A stretch of 61,393 nucleotides of DNA, filler included, from Globobulimina sp. (Eukaryota): the NCBI GenBank assembly GCA_003354225.1. It is 17 parts of 17 records of this genome, joined end to end, with 100 filler letters (N's around TTAATTAATTAA, not from the genome) between each part and the next. Parts side by side here need not be neighbours in the genome. Positions count along the whole stretch, not along the records: positions 54,264 to 57,778 come from PIVH01002609.1; positions 57,879 to 61,393 come from PIVH01002610.1; 15 more parts are not named here. The stretch is one strand, 5' to 3'. This document shows, in pieces, positions 56,623 to 61,393 of this stretch; positions within the stretch are counted from its first letter, which is position 1; each line of letters begins with the position of its first letter. The notes below the pieces were generated by a model. It was not told where the DNA came from. It worked only from the letters and a program-made list of their open reading frames with translations, and searched no databases. Both the position numbers and the translations under genes were made by a program.

Positions 56623-57533
56623 TGCATTGACTAATGTAATATTCTATACATCACGAATTTAAAACATGACGAGTTTAGAATAAGCTCTTTAAATCAAAAA
56701 TTTCCAAAAGGCAATATTCTAAACACGACCTATTCTAAAGTATTACAGTATTGCAGTGGTAAATGCCAAAAATTGATTAGAGTAAGAACATATTTAGCAC
56801 CATGGCAGTATTGTTTAGCTTCATATTTATGAAATTATTCAATGTATTGATTGATAATATTATCATGAATAAAGCAAATACAATGAAGTTAAAAATATCG
56901 TTAACGTCCATTATATCATTTATATGCATGCAGCATTAACAATTAATTCATTATGGAATACCACAGATATTCTGATGGTGATATTTCAGTTTTAGACGAT
57001 CTGAGATATCATTGGTACATTGCATTCTTGTATTCATGTTTCCTGAATTATGTTCAATCGTATTTTTGATAGCGATTCTTAATTATTTTGCTGTTTGGAT
57101 TGTATTTATTATTATAATAACAAATGAACCTTTTCTAAAAATGGTTCATTTCGTGGCCTTTTGTGTATACCATAATTCAAATAATATGTACAGTTTGCCA
57201 CACTGAATATTGATGATAAGTATCACTAACTTATCACACAATAATTGGCCATTGTTTCAACACACAGTACATACCACATATAAACTATTATGATTTGCGA
57301 TACCAACTATGTTGTTTGCACAGAAATATAGACTGCAAACTGTACATATTATTTTCTATTTAATTACTCTCAGCAATAATTCACATTTCATAATCACATA
57401 ATTGACTATTTCTGGCAATTAACTATTAATAGCATTTTTTCCGACAAACAAAAGCCTTTTTTCCGACTAAGTTTCCAACTCTGAACATACAGTCAGAAAC
57501 AATAAACAATTGCAAAAGCAATAACAAACAACA

Positions 57534-57778
57534 ATGAAACACACAATATGTTACAGCTTACTAACGCTGTTTTCGTTGGCAAAATTAGCACTATCACAAC
57601 AATGTTCTGAGTGCTTAACTTACATTCCTGGTGAAGCATCGTGTGCTGCGGATAAAACGTGTGCAGCAGATGTATGTGAACTGTTACCAAGTTGTTGCAC
57701 TGTGGAATGGGATCGTTATTGTATTGCAGCAGCAACCAGTATTGCAAAAGAACCTAAAGGATTTATTAAATGTGGTGA
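57534..57778 (+). CDS. Small secreted Cys-rich protein, 3'-partial
   Basis: Signal peptide followed by C..C...C....C...VC...PSCC...WD..C...A. Confidence 0.7.
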
Positions 57779-58275
57779 NNNNNNNNNNNNNNNNNNNNNN
57801 NNNNNNNNNNNNNNNNNNNNNNTTAATTAATTAANNNNNNNNNNNNNNNNNNNNNNNNNNNNNNNNNNNNNNNNNNNNACCCAAATTGCACAGATTAATA
57901 ACCACATAGTTATCAACGCAAAATCAGTAAAAAGTAAACTTAATGAATATGTGCCATATTGTGGCAATTCATCGTTATTATTATCCATCTCCTGATTGCC
58001 ACCATTTAAACTAAAATGTAATACTCAGGGAATCAACAACACAGCTGGATGGTTGCGCTGGTGCTGTTATATCGTCTTGGATTCCGTTTGGGTCACCGTA
58101 AGGAATTGGTGTTGCTGGTGATTGTGTAATACTGATAGACTGTGAATCTAGTTATATATCATATGGTTCATTCTTGTTGCTGTGTAAATCATGTAAAATG
58201 AATTCAAACCTGTCATGTTACAGATTTCAGTCAGTTTATTGAAGATTGATCAAGTGAGTTTTTATTTTTCTGATC

Positions 58276-61200
58276 ATGGGTGGTGTAGCATCCTCAAAAA
58301 GTAAAAATGATCCAAAACTAGTATCAAGACAATACAACAAATCACCTAAAACAAAGTCATCCAAAAAGGACGGATCTTCCAAGTACCACGTAAGTAAATT
58401 CCTTGTCTTTCTATATTAAGAAATATTAAATACCGGTCAATGATATATACCAAAATATACAGTCAACAGTATATCGTGTATCCACATGCAAATATCACGA
58501 GAAATGTCCATCGATAAAGAATATAAAACATAAACATTATACAATATATGATCTCAACCATTTAACTCAATATTCTCATCCTCGCAAACATTGCCAATAT
58601 GGCTTAAAATGTAAATATTTTGAAAATGTCATGAAAGGATCCTATTCATTGCCTGACTTATGTCATTATTCAATTTATTTGCATCCAATTTCTCGATTTA
58701 TCACTTCATTTCCCAAAAATAAGAAAAACGACGATAAAAAACAAAACAACTCCTCGGTGCAGCTGCAACCACAGAAAGACGACGAGACCATAAATGAGAA
58801 TTACATACAACAAGCCATGTACAATTCGTTACAAATGCCGCGGAGTGGAGAGAAAAATGGCTTAATGTCCTATAAAAAACTCGGTATTTAACTATATTAA
58901 CAATATTATACAATATATATCCTCGCACTCCATTCCATTCCACTGTGACTTGTCAAGGCATAATGATCTGTGATGGCGGTTGTGGCAGTTCCATAACTCG
59001 CGGACTATGGAAATCGTGGAATTTCAAGGATTTAATATGGAATTATAAGTACCGGCGGTTTAAGAAAAATAAAGACCCAAATTACAGCAATAAAAAACCA
59101 ATCTCATTTCATAAGAAAAAGCACAAAAAAGGCTCGGAAGATGAGAGCAGAAAGGATGTGAACCAATGCTTAGTGACAATGATAGAATCTGTGGTCGCTT
59201 TGGCCGGCGAATCATTCCTTATCCAAATGTATGATTTAATGATGAAAACGAAAACATACTTAAATAACGACGACGACGACGAGCTGGAAGCTGAGCAACT
59301 GCCCATCGATGAGATTAAAATCGGTGTCGATGATGAAAAAAGTGAGCATAGCATTCCTCGACGGGACAGCAAGCAAAGGAGGAACAGCAAGAAAAGGAAC
59401 AGTTTGCTGGGTCAAAATAAGTACATTGAAGCCTTCAAAGCGGAAATGTTAAACTCCGAATCTGCAGCGAGTGGATTGAAGGAGGAACAGCTGATAATCA
59501 CCGACGAAGAGCGGCATAATATGGAATTTGGGGAATTGTTGCTGTTGTTCAGCGACATTGTTCGCGATGAATTTGGCTTAGATGACAGGGACTATCCGGT
59601 GATTAAAAAGAAGAAAGTATGGCAATGTCCGATGATCTATGGAGTGTTGGTTGGAATGATCAACGACAAATTGAAGCTGAATGTGGAGACCTTTAAAGAT
59701 AACGACATCTGCCAGAAAGACAAAGTGTACACTAAATCCAAGAAAAGGCGGTTGAAAGCAAAGAGGAAGGAAAATATACGAAAGGAAATCTTCATAAAAG
59801 GATGTCGTTACTCCAACAGAGACTTATTCAAAGAGCTACAAATCAATAACTTTACCTATGTCTTATCCATACCACCAATCAAAGGTGGCGCCACAAAGAA
59901 GTACAGCAAACATATGGATATAGATCATGGCGATGCATCGTACCGAGGGTCAGGCGCCTCATTTGATGATGGTGCGGGCGATGACGATCTATTTGATAAC
60001 GTATCGAGCATTGTGGCGCCAAATGCGCCGCCTTCTTATAGAGAGAATTGTGTCCATTATAAGAAATTCAATGCCACCAATTTTTTAAATTACGAATGGA
60101 GTTCGTTGCAAGAAGTTGCACGCGAAAAATTGCATCACCCGCGGCATTTGGAGATGGGCTCATGTTTAGAAGAGGAGGAATTGCTGAGTATACTACTGTT
60201 GACAGGTACTGTACACAGCAAACATGCTTGACATTGTGTCAGAGTGAGACTTTACTGAAGTGACACCACTCAAAAACCCGCCATGACTAGTTTATCTTTG
60301 CAATTTGTAACACGATAATTTACTTCAGGTACACGGGTTGGACTAGATTTGATAGAATCGCACCGGAAATACCGAAATTATTGCAAATGGAGGGTATTGC
60401 AGACCAATTTAATCAGTGCTTTATTGAAACTAAAATCGCACGATCGCACTCCAAATAGCAATCAATTTTTCCACGGATTGTTAAGACAGAAAAAGAATGA
60501 AGAAAAGAATGAAGAGCAGCCGTACTTATCCATCAATAATATATATTTGTTCAATACATTTGTGTCCACCACATTGGACCATCGATTGATAGAATCATCC
60601 TTTCATAATAAAAAAGACGGTGCCTTGTTGGTTTTAGATCCGCGAGAACCGGTTATATGTGCTGACATTTCATGGATCAGTAAGTTCCCATTCGAACACG
60701 AAGTGCTATTCGCGCCATGCGCACTTACTTTACCTTCGCCATTCGAGAAAAAAGACAAAAATGGCAATATAAACAGGTATCAATCTCAGTGCGGCTCCAA
60801 TACAAAACTGAAATAATATACATAGGACTAAAAATATATCGCCCAAATACGCCAAAGAATATTACAAAAAGCAATTGGCGCAAAAACAAGCCATGAAAAA
60901 CTACGACGAAGACCGTGAGAGAGTATGCAGCATCGCAGAGATATCATCACAGCCAAAATCGAGTAAAAAAAGCAAGAAAAAGAAGAAGAAAAAGGGCAAA
61001 GACAAAGACAGAGACGAAAGAGCAGACTCATTGGCTGGCTTTTCTTTGGTCGATGGGAGGTTAGAAGCGCTGAGCTATGATGCAAACGATCAGATTTTAT
61101 TGCGGAATATGATAGCGATCCAATCGCCGTCCGCTGGCAACCGCATTACTGCCAATATTACAGTGTCAGATGACGATGATTCTGACGATGCGTCCAATGT

Positions 61201-61393
61201 GAAATTGAAAAATAATAAACTGGCGCCGACTATAAATATATCATCGTCGCGGTCGGCTGAAGCCTCTGTGATTGATAACAATTTAATTGCTTCTTTTTTA
61301 TATGGCAAAACTACGCCAAATGCATTGTTTTTGTACTTGTATCAACAATTTAATATTACTAAAATTGGCGGGAAAGCTGACGGGAATGATGAT
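58276..61393 (+). CDS. N-myristoylated protein with two PBZ-like zinc fingers and a mono-ADP-ribosyltransferase-like domain; 5 exons, 3'-partial
   Basis: Start MGGVASS. Introns 58390-58462, ~58885-58957, ~60206-60328, ~60777-60825. ART motifs FHGL / FVSTT / WISKFPFEHEVLF. The last exon is open to the window end. Confidence 0.75.

Noticed and set aside
3520-57878. Regularly spaced TTAATTAATTAA repeats about every 3.6 kb, resembling an array or nanochromosome boundaries
   Set aside because: Embedded in fixed N runs; these are artificial linkers between length-sorted contigs. No synteny should be inferred across them.
1-61393. Numerous short antisense and alternative-frame ORFs in the track; tRNA/rRNA genes
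   Set aside because: The short ORFs are shadows of real genes. No tRNA or rRNA signature was recognised by eye.

Overview
This window is not one locus. It is 17 unrelated contigs of about 3.5 kb, sorted by length (3519 down to 3515 bp) and joined by artificial 100-bp linkers (44 N + TTAATTAATTAA + 44 N). Most contigs come from an AT-rich, gene-dense eukaryote with short introns. The gene families (degenerate G-alpha, odd PI3K, ART-like proteins, PT-repeat surface proteins) suggest a foraminifer/rhizarian, which is an inference. Recognisable genes: beta-COP, ATG8, UBE2S, uridine phosphorylase-like, mitochondrial carrier, G-alpha, CorA, adenylosuccinate synthetase, apyrase, sulfatase, MFS, lipoxygenase-like, alpha/beta-hydrolase, sulfotransferase, peptide deformylase, PI3K, PPR-Smr, RPL30, CCR4/EEP, SH2, TMEM135-like and an ART-like protein. 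The standout is contig 10 (32566-36082), a fragment of a Polinton/Maverick (adintovirus-type) element. It has the packaging ATPase C-terminus, two conserved virion-type genes and an integrase cut after 18 codons. It also encodes its own TATA-binding protein, and its accessory-gene promoters carry four near-consensus p53-family response elements with CRE, TATA and Inr motifs. This is a candidate DNA-damage-inducible transcription cascade. Other items of note: a myristoylated PBZ-like + ADP-ribosyltransferase protein, an adenylosuccinate synthetase with a mitochondrial-type presequence, several pseudo-enzymes, an element bounded by telomere-like arrays, several MITE-like foldbacks and a bacterial chimera. 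All family assignments come from motif recognition by eye; no database searches were run.
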